This document shows positions 50,552-62,744 of a stretch of DNA of 64,000 nucleotides, one piece after another. The stretch covers positions 11,056,822 to 11,120,821 of the forward strand of contig NC_081387.1 of NCBI RefSeq assembly GCF_030684315.1, in the 5' to 3' direction. The position numbers were made by a program, and so were the translations under genes. The notes below the pieces were generated by a model. It made no database searches. It was not told the DNA's origin and saw only the letters and a program-made list of their open reading frames with translations. The stretch is from Stegostoma tigrinum. Lineage: Eukaryota. Numbering within the stretch: the first letter of the stretch is position 1; each line of letters starts with the position of its first letter.

Positions 50552-51527
50552 CTGTAAATCAAGGAATGTTTGGTGAGTGTCGAGAGACTGTCAGAAAATC
50601 AGAGGAAATGTTGGAGACCCTCACTCCCAATTAGACTCAGCCCCTTGTGCCCACTTCTCCCTGAGCTGCTGATGCCCAACAGTGAACTGAGAGCCAAACA
50701 CAATCTGAAATATCTGACTTCACATTCACAACCTGAGACTCTGAACCCTGAGACCTTCCACCTTACCCTGAGAAATGGCACTGTCACAGACCCTCCTTCA
50801 CAAACTGAGGCCCTCTCCCCACAGCCTCAGCCATTGTTAACACAGAGACTGAGTCATAAACACAGAGATTCCTTGCCCACCCTCTGAACCCAAGCAAACA
50901 GCCGAGAACCATGAGACGCTGCAGAATTAGGCCATTCAGCCCATCAGGAATGCTCCACCATTCAATCGTGGCTGACATGTTTCTCAACCCCATTCCCCTG
51001 CCTTCCCCTATAACCCTTGATCCCCTTACCAATTAAATATCTAACTATTCCTGTCTTAACGAGTTTCAGTGTCTTGGCCTCCACACCCTCCAGCAACAAT
51101 GGATTTCCACAGAAGCACCACTGTCTGGCTGAGGAAATTCCTCCTCAATTCTAAAGGATTGTCCCTTCTCACACTATACTGGCCCCTTTGGTCCTAGTCT
51201 CTCCTGCTCATGGAAACATCTTCTCCACATCCACTCTATCCAGGCCTCTCAGTAATCTGTAAGTTTCAATGAGATTCACCCCCGACCTTCAAAACTCCAG
51301 GAAACACAGACCCAGAGTTCTCACCAACTCCTCATTTGACAAACCCTTCAACCCAGGGATCATTCTTGTAAACCTCTTCTGGATTCCCAAGGACAGCACA
51401 TCCTTTCTTAGACATGGGACCCAAAAGTGCTCACAATGTTCCTTCACTTTATTCTGGCCAACTCCCTTCTGGCTCTGCAACTCCGAGACCCCAGAGAGAA
51501 GCTGCAATTTTCAACACAAACCCTTAC

Positions 51528-51624
51528 CTTTCTTCTTGTAAATGACAATAACCCCAACAGCGACAGCAATGATCCCAAGGACTCCAAATACAACCCCAAC
51601 AATGACAGGAACCTGGGAGAGAGA
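51528..51624 (-). CDS. MHC class I gene B, transmembrane exon (5' end probably in the assembly gap)
   Basis: SQVPVIVGVVFGVLGIIAVAVGVIVIYKKK then phase-1 donor G|GTAAGG. Confidence 0.88.
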
Positions 51625-51863
51625 NNNNNNNNNNNNNNNNNNNNNNNNNNNNNNNNNNNNNNNNNNNNNNNNNNNNNNNNNNNNNNNNNNNNNNNNNNNN
51701 NNNNNNNNNNNNNNNNNNNNNNNNNNNNNNNNNNNNNNNNNNNNNNNNNNNNNNNNNNNNNNNNNNNNNNNNNNNNNNNNNNNNNNNNNNNNNNNNNNNN
51801 NNNNNNNNNNNNNNNNNNNNNNNNNNNNNNNNNNNNNNNNNNNNNNNNNNNNNNNNNNNNNNN
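51625..51863. other. Assembly gap (N run)
   Basis: Direct reading; flanked by GA-rich sequence. Confidence 0.99.
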
Positions 51864-52534
51864 AAAAGTGGGAGAGAGACAGACAAAGAGAGAGGGGAGG
51901 CAGGGAGACAGAGACAGACAGCAAGAAAGTAAAGAAAAATGTGTGTTATACAGGATATACTGCATACATTCAGGTCATTTGGTCCAATCAGTATATCCTC
52001 ACTTTTATCCACTGAAGCTCCTTCCTGATCTAAATCCGTCATTGACACTTGCTATTCCTTTCTAATTTCCACTTAAATACATTTGAACAAGTCAGGCTCC
52101 CTGCAGCACCAGGCTTCACATTCTCCCCATTCTTTGGCTGGAGAAGTTTCTTTTGAATTCCTCCTGGAATTTTTCGTGATTGTCTTGTGTTGGTAATCTC
52201 GAGTTTCTTCACCAAACACACGCTGTGCACCCACTCTATCAAAATGTTTTATCCATTTAAAGATCTCGATAGTCTCACCCTTCAGAATTTATTATTCCTG
52301 TCCTTGGGATTTTGGATTGCTTGTCTCCTGTCACAAAGCCTTATCTCAAGCTCATCTCTGCCCTCTTGTAGAATATCTGGAAATGTCTCTCATTCCTTGG
52401 ACTGCCTGAGATTCCTGACTCTTCTTGAGAATGTTTGGTGCTGTGGCCCATAATAAAAATGGGAATTTAATTCTGAAACTCTGATTAAATAAAACAATAT
52501 TCATGGTCATGGGAGAAGACACAGTTTGGCGCTG

Positions 52535-52885
52535 AGTGATGCTGCAGGGTCCAGAAAAGCTTCAATCCTGGTTGTGACGGCACATTTGTTTCCCCCGTCA
52601 CCACCAGCTGTTTTAGATTCACCAAGACGGGATCTTTCTGTGCCCACGGGCTGATATTGTCAGCAGTGACTGGAAGGGTGTCCAGGAAGTGTACAACCAG
52701 AATGGACCCTTCCAGGGGAAGCACACCACCACTGGGGTATCTATCAGCGGGAGGCAGCTCAACGCTTCTGTACCACGTTAAACCGATATTCCTGGCCCTG
52801 GGGTGGGAGTGAAATGGCAGCAGGAATGCCAATGCCGGCCACATGCCTCCTCAGAGCGAGAGAAACAGTTTACTTCAGGCACGCA
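52535..52885. mobile_element. Rearranged Gypsy fragments (minus then plus) of the family at 25-27 kb
   Basis: QKDPVLVNLKQLVVTGET on minus matches about 25500; 52780-52880 on plus matches about 26260-26360. Confidence 0.75.
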
Positions 52886-53012
52886 CTGTTTTCTCTCACT
52901 GCCACTGTCCTTTGACTGAGGAGACCTTCTGAATCCCCTGTTAAAATTCTGTTTCTTTTTTTCTGACCACCCCATCAGCTGTTTTTGTTTCAATCTATTT
53001 CATTACAGTAAA

Positions 53013-53235
53013 GGGGTATTAGAAACTGCAGATGCTGGAGAATCTGAGACCACAAGGTATATAGAGCTGGATGAACACAGCAGGTCAAGTAGCATCAAAG
53101 GAGCAGGAAGGCTGATGTTTCGAGCCTAGACTTTTTTTTCAGAAGAACGATCTAGGCTTCAAACATCAGTTTTCCTGCTCCTCTGACGCTGCTTGGTCTG
53201 CTGTGTTCATACAGCTCTGCACTTTGTTTTCCCAA
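53013..53235. mobile_element. Fold-back mini-element made of two inverted Penelope termini, 11-bp flanking direct repeat
   Basis: ATTACAGTAAA at 53002-53012 and 53236-53246; arms match the Penelope 3' end. Confidence 0.8.
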
Positions 53236-53497
53236 ATTACAGTAAAACTGTTCACAGTGATTAGGAGTTGAAGTTCTCAAGCGTTGTTTGTGTTTATATG
53301 ATTCCAAAACAACTCCACAGGATTAAGATTTTGTAACCGGCACTTAAGGATTGATGGGTATAATAATAAATCAAAGGGTGAAGGCAACAGCTAAATCAGC
53401 AGTTCCTACTATCTCAGCTAAATCTCCTGTTTACATCTGTCAGCCAGGGCTCCCTCATTAGCCCAGGTTACCCAAATCAACAAATTCAAACTCTTTG

Positions 53498-53725
53498 AGG
53501 AACAAAAACAGAAGTTTCCAGAAAAGCTCAACAGGTCTGGCAGCATCTGTGAAGAAAATAATCGGAGTTAATGCTTCATGTCTGGTGACCCTTACTCAGA
53601 ATGACCTCACCGGACCCGAAACCTTAACTCTGATTTATTCCTCACAGATGATGCCAGACCTGCTGAGCTTTTCCAGCAACTTCAGTTTTTGTTCCTGATC
53701 AGCATCCGCAATTCATTCGGTTTTT
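53498..53725. mobile_element. Fold-back repeat (related copy ~50215-50455), probably Penelope-terminus-derived
   Basis: CAGGTCTGGCAGCATCTGTG mirrored by CACAGATGATGCCAGACCTG. Confidence 0.7.
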
Positions 53726-54100
53726 ATTTCATATTCTACTGGATCCACCTGGCCCTGGTTCCAATCACTATAGAATTCAATGGATACAGCAGGTTCTGTC
53801 ACACTAATGTCAGATGATATATCATATTCCTTAACCCTGCAGTGTTCTTGGATCTTTAAGATGCTGGAAATAGCAATGTACTCCAGGACACACTGGGATA
53901 TGTCCTACCATAGCACCCCTGGATTCACTGTCTTTATGACTGCTCTCCAGCAATGGTGTGAGCACTGTGACACACTGATATCAATATTTTTGCCCCTCTC
54001 AATCCTAGGATGTCCTGGTGAAGCGGCTCGGCGCTGACCTGCCCCCCTCGGATCCTGGTCTGGGTCTGATTCATCTCTAATAATGAGAAAAAGGTCTTAC

Positions 54101-54364
54101 CATAAATCACCACCAGCTTGTCCTCCAGCCCACTGTGTTCCACCCGACAGGAATACTCGGCCTGATCCACCGGATCAAATTCTATCCATTTCCGGATCTG
54201 GTAGGTCCTGTCATGATTGGGTAAGATTCCAGTGGACAGGGTCTCATCGATCAACACTCCATCCCTCCACAGAGTCACCTCGATGGCTTGGGGGTAAAAC
54301 CCGGTGACGAGACAGGACAGCCGGTTGGAATCGCCCAGATGAGTAAGGGACACGACGGGGGCAG
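54101..54364 (-). CDS. MHC class I gene B, exon 4 (alpha3)
   Basis: 264 nt, AG/GT-bounded, phase 1-1; about 91% aa identity to gene A alpha3. Confidence 0.96.
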
Positions 54365-54608
54365 CTGAGGGAGAGAGATAGAGGAGTCAGTGCACGAACA
54401 TTGAGACAAAAACGAACCTTGCGGTACAGAGTCCCAGGCAACACATCCTTCACTGACTCTCAAACCACCCATACTCACTGTCTCTCACTTCCCCGCATCC
54501 CATCTTACTTCTTCCCCAACTCATACTCTGATTCTCACTGAGTCTCCTCCCCCCTCACTCAACAACTCTCACTCAAACCTTCCCCCACCCCCATCCCCAT
54601 CAACTCAC

Positions 54609-54881
54609 CGACTCTCAGTTCCCTCTGTCCATATTCCAGGTATTTCCTCAGCCACTGGACACATTCCTCCTCCAGGAAATTCTTCCACTCCTGTTTGTAC
54701 ACCACATGCTGGTTCCACCTGTTTTTGATGCTTTCCGCCCAGGGAACCGGTGTCACCCACACCATGTGATCCTTATCGAAGCTGATTAAATCTTGTCCGT
54801 CCCATCCAAGTTGACTGAACGCTCTCACAATCTCATTATTCCTCACGTCACAGCCAGTCACCATCTGGTACGTGTGGATCC
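54609..54881 (-). CDS. MHC class I gene B, exon 3 (alpha2)
   Basis: 273 nt, AG/GT-bounded. GIHTYQMVTGCD...GWDGQDLISFDK...ECVQWLRKYLEYG. Confidence 0.96.
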
Positions 54882-55083
54882 CTGTCAATCACAATCACAA
54901 GCTTCCAGTTAGAGACAGTCAGCCCTGTCAATCAGTCTCAGGGTGAGAACCCCATCATCAGACTCACAACCACAGCCAGCCTCTGGATTGCAGATCCAGA
55001 TCTGCACCTGGCCCCTCCCCATTCCCACCCAGACTCCCTGAAAGCACAGGAAGGTGTCATGCTGAAGTAAAGGGAGCACTCAC

Positions 55084-55344
55084 CCAATGTCTGATTGGTC
55101 CGTGACATTAGTACTGGAATGTACGGCTTGAAATGGTTCTCCATCCGCTGAGCAAGATATAGTTTCCGCTGCCAGGCCTCATGTCCCTCACTCTCCACCA
55201 TCCACTGTTCCCGGGGGATCAACACCTTCCGATCGCTGTCGTACATAACAAACTGGACCCCGTTCACGTATCCAACAATGACAAACTCGGGGAAACCAGG
55301 AATTGATGACACAGCAGTGTGGAAGTACCGGAGAGAGTGAGTGG
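55084..55344 (-). CDS. MHC class I gene B, exon 2 (alpha1)
   Basis: 261 nt, AG/GT-bounded. THSLRYFHT...PEFVIVGYVNG...RTNQT. Confidence 0.96.
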
Positions 55345-56199
55345 CTGAAACACACGGAAAAATCAGGACATGAATCCCTGAACACCAATCACAAAACTAC
55401 AACTGAATGCTATCTCTTTACACTCTACATCTGCATTTATAAAGCTCAGGATCCCATCCATCTCTTTCACCACTTTCAGGCTGGGACCCATAAACCCACT
55501 CATTTTGCCATTCAAAGGTAGTACCGACCCACCCCGACATCCTGTGTGTTACCATTAACCAGAAACTGAGGTGGATTAGCCAAATAAAAGCTCTGTGTTC
55601 CTGTTGCCTGTTTGCATCAGGAGATGTTTTCATTATTTAATCTCCCCTCCTTTCACCCTATCACAGATTTTCTCCTTTCATCTTCATGTCTCCTCCTCCG
55701 TCCATTGCCTTAAAAGGCTTTCAGCAATGATGAAATATTTCTCCCCACGATGCTGCCTGATCAGCTGAATATATCCAGCTATTTTGTTGTGGTCTATTTT
55801 GCCACACGATCCAATCTTGTCTGCTGCTAGACCTGAGCTGAATTCAAGAAATAAACTCAAAACAAACAAACAAACAAACACATTCAACTCCACCATCATC
55901 ACAGCAATAATGTCACACATAATGGAACAGCCAAAAAGTGTTTATATTTTTGTTTCACGGGATGTGGGATCATTGTATAGGGTGGCATTTTCTCCCATCT
56001 CCGATTGTCTGAGAACGTGGTGGTGAGACACCATTTTGAACCACTGCAGTCTGTGTGGTGTAGTTACACACACAGTGCTGGTCCCAGCTAAAAATGTCAA
56101 TTAATTGCCTTTAATTCCAAAACTTTTCTTAATTCTGGGAAACCAGATGAATAACATAAATCTTTTACTGAAATATTTGCAAACATTTTATTCCAGTTT

Positions 56200-59100
56200 G
56201 GACGCGAACCAGACCCACCCACTGCTTTATGCTGTTTCTACTTCTCGAGTCATCATATTGCAACATTTTCAGCGTAGGTACCCAAAATGAGGCGGTGAGA
56301 TTCTCGACTGGCTGAAATTTCGAACTGCTGACTGCCTGTACACGAAGTAGTGCAAATGTTACCTGCTGCATATGTGTCCCAGCCTGAGAGTGGTGAAAGA
56401 GGTGGATGGGATCCTGGACTTTGTAACCACAGGCGTTTCCAAACAGGTTTGAGCTGAATTTCCATCAGGGTTGTAATCTCCGATTTCTCAGAAGAGAATT
56501 TTCAACCCTCGATTGAAGCCTCTGCAGAAGCAGATTAAGAATTGGTCTAAGCCTCAACGTCAATAAGACACAAATCCTGTTCCAACCTGTTTGAGATGAA
56601 CTTCTAATCTATCCCTCCATTAAGATCAATGGATGACTCCTCCCAAATGTGGAACATTTCCCCACCTGGGAGGCTACATCTCATCTAAGAATGATATCAG
56701 TGCTAAGATTTAACATCACATCCAATCTGTGAGCACTGCCTTCCAATTCCTCAGGTTGGGAGACTTCAATGACCATGATATCTGTGATGATGTCAAGATC
56801 CTTTTATAAAAAGAAATCATCCATCCAACTCTTTCCCATCATTCCAAAACTTGGACTATATACAGATTCCATTCTCAAGAGCCTTGAGAAACTCTATCAA
56901 CACAGGATGGATAGAAAAGGGGGCAAGAGAGAAGGGAGAGTGGCATTTGTGATTAGGAATGGTAATATGGTCGTACTTAGGGAGGCTATTCCTGATATTC
57001 CAGGCCATTGTGTTAAGGGCTTAGATGGAGAGGAATTTATTGAAGGTGTACAAGAAATTGTTCTGATTCAGTAAGTGGACGTACCTACGACAGAATGAGC
57101 AAAAACCTGAGGTACTCTTGGGAAATAAGGCACGGCAGGGGACTAAGATGTCAGTGGGGAGCACTTTGGGGGCCATGATCAGAATTCTGTTGGTCTTAAA
57201 AATGTGATGGAACAGGACAGACTGAATCTAAAAGTTAAATTTCTAAATTGCAGAAAGGCTGATTTTGATGGTATTACGCAAGAGTTTACAGAAGTTGATT
57301 TTGGGTGGATATTTGCAGGTAAAGGGATGGCTGGAAAATGGGAAGCTGTCAAAATGAGACAATGAGAGTCCAGAGACAGTTTGTTTCTGTTACGGTAAAG
57401 GACAAGCTTGCTGGATGAATAGAAAAATTGTCATCTTGTTCACAAAAAAAAAGAAGCATAAGTCAGGGAAAGATAGCAGGGATCGAGCAAATCCCTACAG
57501 GAGTACAAAGGCAATAGGAGCATATTTAAGAAGGAAATCAGGAGGGCAAAACAAGGACGTGAGACAGCTTTGGCAAATAGAGCTGAAGCAGAATCCAAAG
57601 AGATTCTACAAGTACATTAAGGAGTACAGGCTAACTGCGGAGAGAATACGGCCCCTTAAATAACAACAAGGCTACCGACATGTGGAGCTGCAAGAGGTGG
57701 GGGAGATACTAAACAAGTATATTGCATCAGTATTTACTGTGGAGAAGGACATGGAAGATATAGAACATGGAACATAAATAGCCACATCTTGAAAAACGTC
57801 CATATTACACGGGAGGTGGCGCTGTGCGTCTTAGAATGCATGAAGTTGGATTTATCCCCCAGACCTGATCAGGCATAGCCTAGAACTTTGTGAGAAGCAA
57901 GGGAAGTGATTACTGGGCCTGTTGCTGAGACATTTGTATCATGGATAGCCAGAGGTAAAGTGCCAGAAGACTGAAGGTTGGCTAACGTGGTGTCACTATT
58001 TCAGAAAGGTGGTAAGGAAAAGCCAGGAAACTAAAGACCGGTGAGCCTGACATTGGTGGTGGGAATGTTGTTTGGAGGGAATCCGGAGGGACAGGATTTA
58101 TTTGTATTTGGAAAGGCAAGGAAATTTTAGGGATAGTCACCATGGCTTTGTGAGTGGGAAATCATGTCTGACTGAGCGGATTGAGTTTTTTGAAGAAGTA
58201 ACGCAGAGGATTGCCGATGGCAGTGCAGTGGAGATGATTTATATGGACTTCAGTAAGGCATTTGAGAAGGTTTGATGTGGTAAACTGGTTAGCAAGGTTA
58301 GATCACGTGGAATACGTGGGCAACTAGCCATTTGGTTACAGAACTGGCTTGAAAGTAGTGGTAGAGGGTTGCTTTTCAGATTAGAGACCTGTAACCAGTG
58401 GTGTGCCACAATGATCAGTGCTGGGTCCACTGTTTTTTGTCATTTATATAAGTGATTCAATGTGAACATAAGAGGTATGAATAGTAAGCTTGCAGATGAC
58501 ACCAAAATTGGAGATGTAACGGACAGCGAAGAACATTACCTCAGACTACAATGGGACCTTAATCAGATGGGCTGATGGGCCAAGGAGTGGCAGCTGGAGT
58601 TTGATCTTGATAAATGTGAGATGCTACAGTCTGGTCAGACAAATCAGGGCAGGACTTATACAATTAATGGTAAGGTCGTGGGGAGTGTTGCTCAATTAGA
58701 TCTTTTAGTGCAAGTTTGTAGTAACCTGAAAGTGGAGTCGCAGGTAGATAGGATCGTGAACATAGCATTTTGTTTGCTTGCCTTTAATGGTCAGTGCATG
58801 GAGTACAAGAGTTGGGAGGTCGTGTTGCTTCTGTACAGGCTATTGATTAGGCAACAGTTGGAATACTGTGTGTAATTCTGGTCTCCCTGCTTTGGAAAGG
58901 ATGTTGAGAAACTTGAAAGGGTTCAGAAAAGATTTACAAGGATGTTGCCAGAGTTGGAGGGTTTGAGCTATATGGGAAGGCTGAGTATACTGGAGCTATT
59001 TTCCTTGGACCGTCAGAGGATGAGGTGTTGACTTTATAGAAGTTTATAAAATCATGAGGTGCATGGATAGGTGAAATAGACAAGGTGTAATCCCTGGGGT

Positions 59101-59570
59101 GGGTGGGTCCAAAACTAGAGGGCAAAGGTTAACAGCAAGTTCCAACTGCCAACGCATATCGCTGTCACCCAACTTAACGATGGCACTTAAAATGAGATGA
59201 GGATAAAGGAAGTGTTTCAAAGACTCCCTCAGGGCTTCTATCAAGAAATGCAACATGAATACCAGTCCATGCGAGACCTTCATTCAGAAGAATATGATTT
59301 TGGAGGAAATTCCTGTTTGAAGGGTTACAATTCTTTGGAGAACTCCTGCTGGCAAGTGGAAGTGTGGAAAAGGAACCAGGAAAGGAAAGCCAACAATTTC
59401 AAGCCCAAAGGAACAATTCCACTTTCCAGAAACACCTGCCAAATGGATTTTCGGAGATGGAACTCTAGGATTGGGATCATCAGCCACATAAGGACCCACA
59501 GAATACATGACCAGTGCCATGGGAGTGTCCTAGATGGACAATCATACTCATTAGTGAGGGGACACCAACA
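56200..59570 (+). mobile_element. RTE-like LINE remnant (~56200-56900 and ~59135-59570) split by an old CR1 (~56905-59130)
   Basis: CR1 motifs DSHHGFVSGKSCL and YMDFSKAF in the middle; RTE-type C-terminal SRIGIISHIRTH on the right. Confidence 0.7.
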
Positions 59571-60209
59571 ACATCTGGATTGATTTTACAAGCTTCGTAT
59601 CAAAGACCCCAATTTCTGACAGTTATAACTTAAATTCCTAAACATATTCCAAAAACAATGAATGATGAAACAGATTTTCCCAAGAGGCAAAAAGAACAGG
59701 TTCAAGGGGATGAATACTCTTCCAATTCTTATGGCCTTTCCTTTCATTCATTCCAGGGGGGTGGGTATAGGTCAGCCCTTGTAGTCCACCTTCAATTACA
59801 CTGACACCAGTTATAAACAATGCCCATTCCAGTGAGTCTGAAGTCACAGGTAGGTACGACCAGGAAGAGACAGCAGACTGCCTGCCCTAAAAGAACATTG
59901 TTGCACTAGACAGATATTTATGATATTTTTCTTCCACATTCTTCACTGCTAACTTCCTGTCCCAACACTCCAATTAAATGTCGCTGCCTTTCTATTCCAC
60001 CACATTCCCCTGATCTCAGTCTGACACTCCTCCCTTAATCACCAGCACACACTTACTGCAGGTAACAGTCCAGCACATCTCTGGCTCTCAACTGCAGACA
60101 CTCAACCAGTAATGGAGTTCAAATATCATTAAAGATTTCTCCAAAAAGCAACAAGACAACAGTTTGTTAGAATTCTATTCCAATAACGCATTTTTTCTAA
60201 TTCAGCAAG

Positions 60210-61027
60210 GTGTGCCCTGGACTGACACTGTCCCCGACCCCGGTCTGTGAGCTGTATCCCGTACTGGCACTGTCCCCGTCCCCGGTCTGTGAGCTGTATC
60301 CCGTACTGACACTGTCCCCGACCCCAGTCTGTGAGCTGTATCCCGTACTGGCGCTGTCCCCGACCCCGGTCTGTGAGCTGTATCCCGTACTGGCACTGTC
60401 CCCGACCCCGGTCTGTGAGCTGTATCCCGTACTGGCGCTGTCCCCGACCCCGGTCTGTGAGCTGTATCCCGTACTGGCGCTGTCCCCGACCCCGGTCTGT
60501 GAGCTGTATCCCGTACTGGCGCTGTCCCCGACCCCGGTCTGTGAGCTGTATCCCGTACTGGCGCTGTCCCCGACCCCGGTCTGTGAGCTGTATCCCGTAC
60601 TGGCGCTGTCCCCAACCCCGGTCTGTGAGCTGTATCCCGTACTGGCACTGTCCCCGACCCCGGTCTGTGAGCTGTATCCCGTACTGACACTGTCCCCGAC
60701 CCCGGTCTGTGAGCTGTATCCCGTACTGGCACTGTCCCCGACCCCGGTCTGTGAGCTGTATCCTGTACTGGCTCTGTCCCCGTCCCCGGTCTGTGAGCTG
60801 TATCCCGTACTGGCACTGTCCCCGACCCCGGTCTGTGAGCTGTATCCCGTACTGGCGCTGTCCCCGTCCCCGGTCTGTGAGCTGTATCCCGTACTAACAC
60901 TGTCCCTGTCGGTCTGTGAGCTGTATCCCGCACTGACACTGTCCCCGGTCTGTGAGCTGTATCCGGTACTGGCACTGTCCCCGTCCCCGGTCTGTGAGCT
61001 GTATCCCGTACTGACAATGTCCCCTCA
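60210..61027. repeat. Homogeneous 42-bp minisatellite (~19-20 copies) in intron 1 of gene B
   Basis: Unit CCGGTCTGTGAGCTGTATCCCGTACTGGC(A/G)CTGTCCCCGACC; 14-aa periodicity in the ORF track. Confidence 0.97.
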
Positions 61028-62744
61028 ATTTATTTTTACAGCTGTGGCATGAACACTTGCGTAAACAAATTCCTCCTCATGTGTTGTAAAGCTATCAGCC
61101 TTCCTCTAGACACAGCTTCCACTGCTGTCTGTAGCTTTCCTGCAAACATCTTTTCTCGAGGTAAATCTCTGAAGGCAAAGCTAGAATCTCTGTAACCAGA
61201 CAGGCATTATTGTTGACTCTTTCGCATCTAATGGTTTATGGTCCATCTGTCTGAGCACTTCAGCCCAAGGTATTAATTAGATAATGAGGTAACTTAATTG
61301 ATGAGTTTATCTGCTCATAGATTCAGAGCTGTTCCCACCAGCCAATCCCTCTAATGTCATCATGTTGAATGAATATTAATCCTCTCCTCGGCAATAACCA
61401 TTGCAGAGTTGAAAATCTTGTCTAACACAAGGGAGAAGACGAATGAAATGCTCTCAGAGCACTTGTCTGGATGAGTACAGTTCCAACACACTCAAGAAGC
61501 TCAACACCATCTAGCATAGAGCAACCCACCAAGGGGACTATTCAACATCTCCAACATTCATTGCCTTCACCACTGATGCAGAGTGACAGTAAAGAGTGTA
61601 TCTCTGAGAAGATGCACTGCAGGATCCCGCCCAGCATCATTTGATAGTACATTCCCAACTCAAAATCTCCTTTCTCCAAGGCCAAAGGGAGCAGAGAGAT
61701 GGGAACACCACAATCTACAAGTTCACCTCCATGTCTCATCCTGACTTGGAACGATCTCACCATTCCCTCACTGTTACTGGAATATAACTTGAGAGCTTGC
61801 TCCCTAACAGCACTGGTGGACTGCAATGGTTCAACATTCTTGCTCACTGCCACCTCTGAGAGCAAATAACAACGAGCAATACGTCCCAGCTTTACCTGTA
61901 ACACTCGGATGTCATTGACTAATATAAACAAAACGTCCAAGCGGAATACAACTGTAAAACAGTATAATATTCAGCTTCTTGAAACTGGCAGACTGGAACA
62001 TGAGGAAGCCATTCAGCCCTTCAAGCCTGCTATGCAGGAATAGGAAGAGGTCATTTGGCCCCTTCAGTTTTTGACACAGTGACAGAAACAAGTCCCTCGG
62101 ACCCACGATGCTGGCCATTCCCATGTCACTTTTAGTTTCCACCTGTGTTCCATTTCTGATGTTGAGGTTTTGTGGACCTCGGCAGCTGATGGTTGATTTG
62201 TGGCATGCACAGCTGCAGGGAAGGAATGGTTCCTCCATTTGTGTGTATGCACTGCGATGGTATCGAGTCAGAGTCACACAGCAAGGAAACAGACCTTCAG
62301 ACAGTTTAGTTAAATCGATGAGAATACCACAGTTAGGCCGACTGGAGAGAATAAAATATGATTTACTGAAATAAAACGAAGATTTGAGAAGCCATTTTGT
62401 TAGCTTATTATCCAAAGCTGGGGAATGGAGAGAATTTCACAATTCACTTCAGCCTCATCCATTGAATAATCAGACTTTGTTTAGTTCTCAAGTTCATGCA
62501 TTTTTCACTTTTTGCTTTACTTGTAAATGTATTTACTAATATTTTAACTTCACTTTTCTATCCTTTAACGTTCAATAAATCATTTGAAACAAAGGTTTTT
62601 GCTGTCGCATTATAGTTAAGTCTCATACAAACCTGAATAATTTTAAATATTGGATTCACCAAAGTTAAAAACATGTAATCAAATAAATTGTACCAAATAA
62701 AACACTCTGACAGTCATATGTTCCAGGGTTAAAATCGCAGTCAG

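Noticed and set aside
51427-52065. Several ORFs spanning the N run
   Set aside because: Artefacts of the gap; only the TM segment is supported.
53934-54100. Extended C-terminus of the alpha3 ORF in gene B
   Set aside because: Intron read-through past a canonical donor; downstream TM and tail exons exist.
60202-61052. 271- and 280-aa repeat ORFs
   Set aside because: They are translations of a 42-bp minisatellite, open in several frames.
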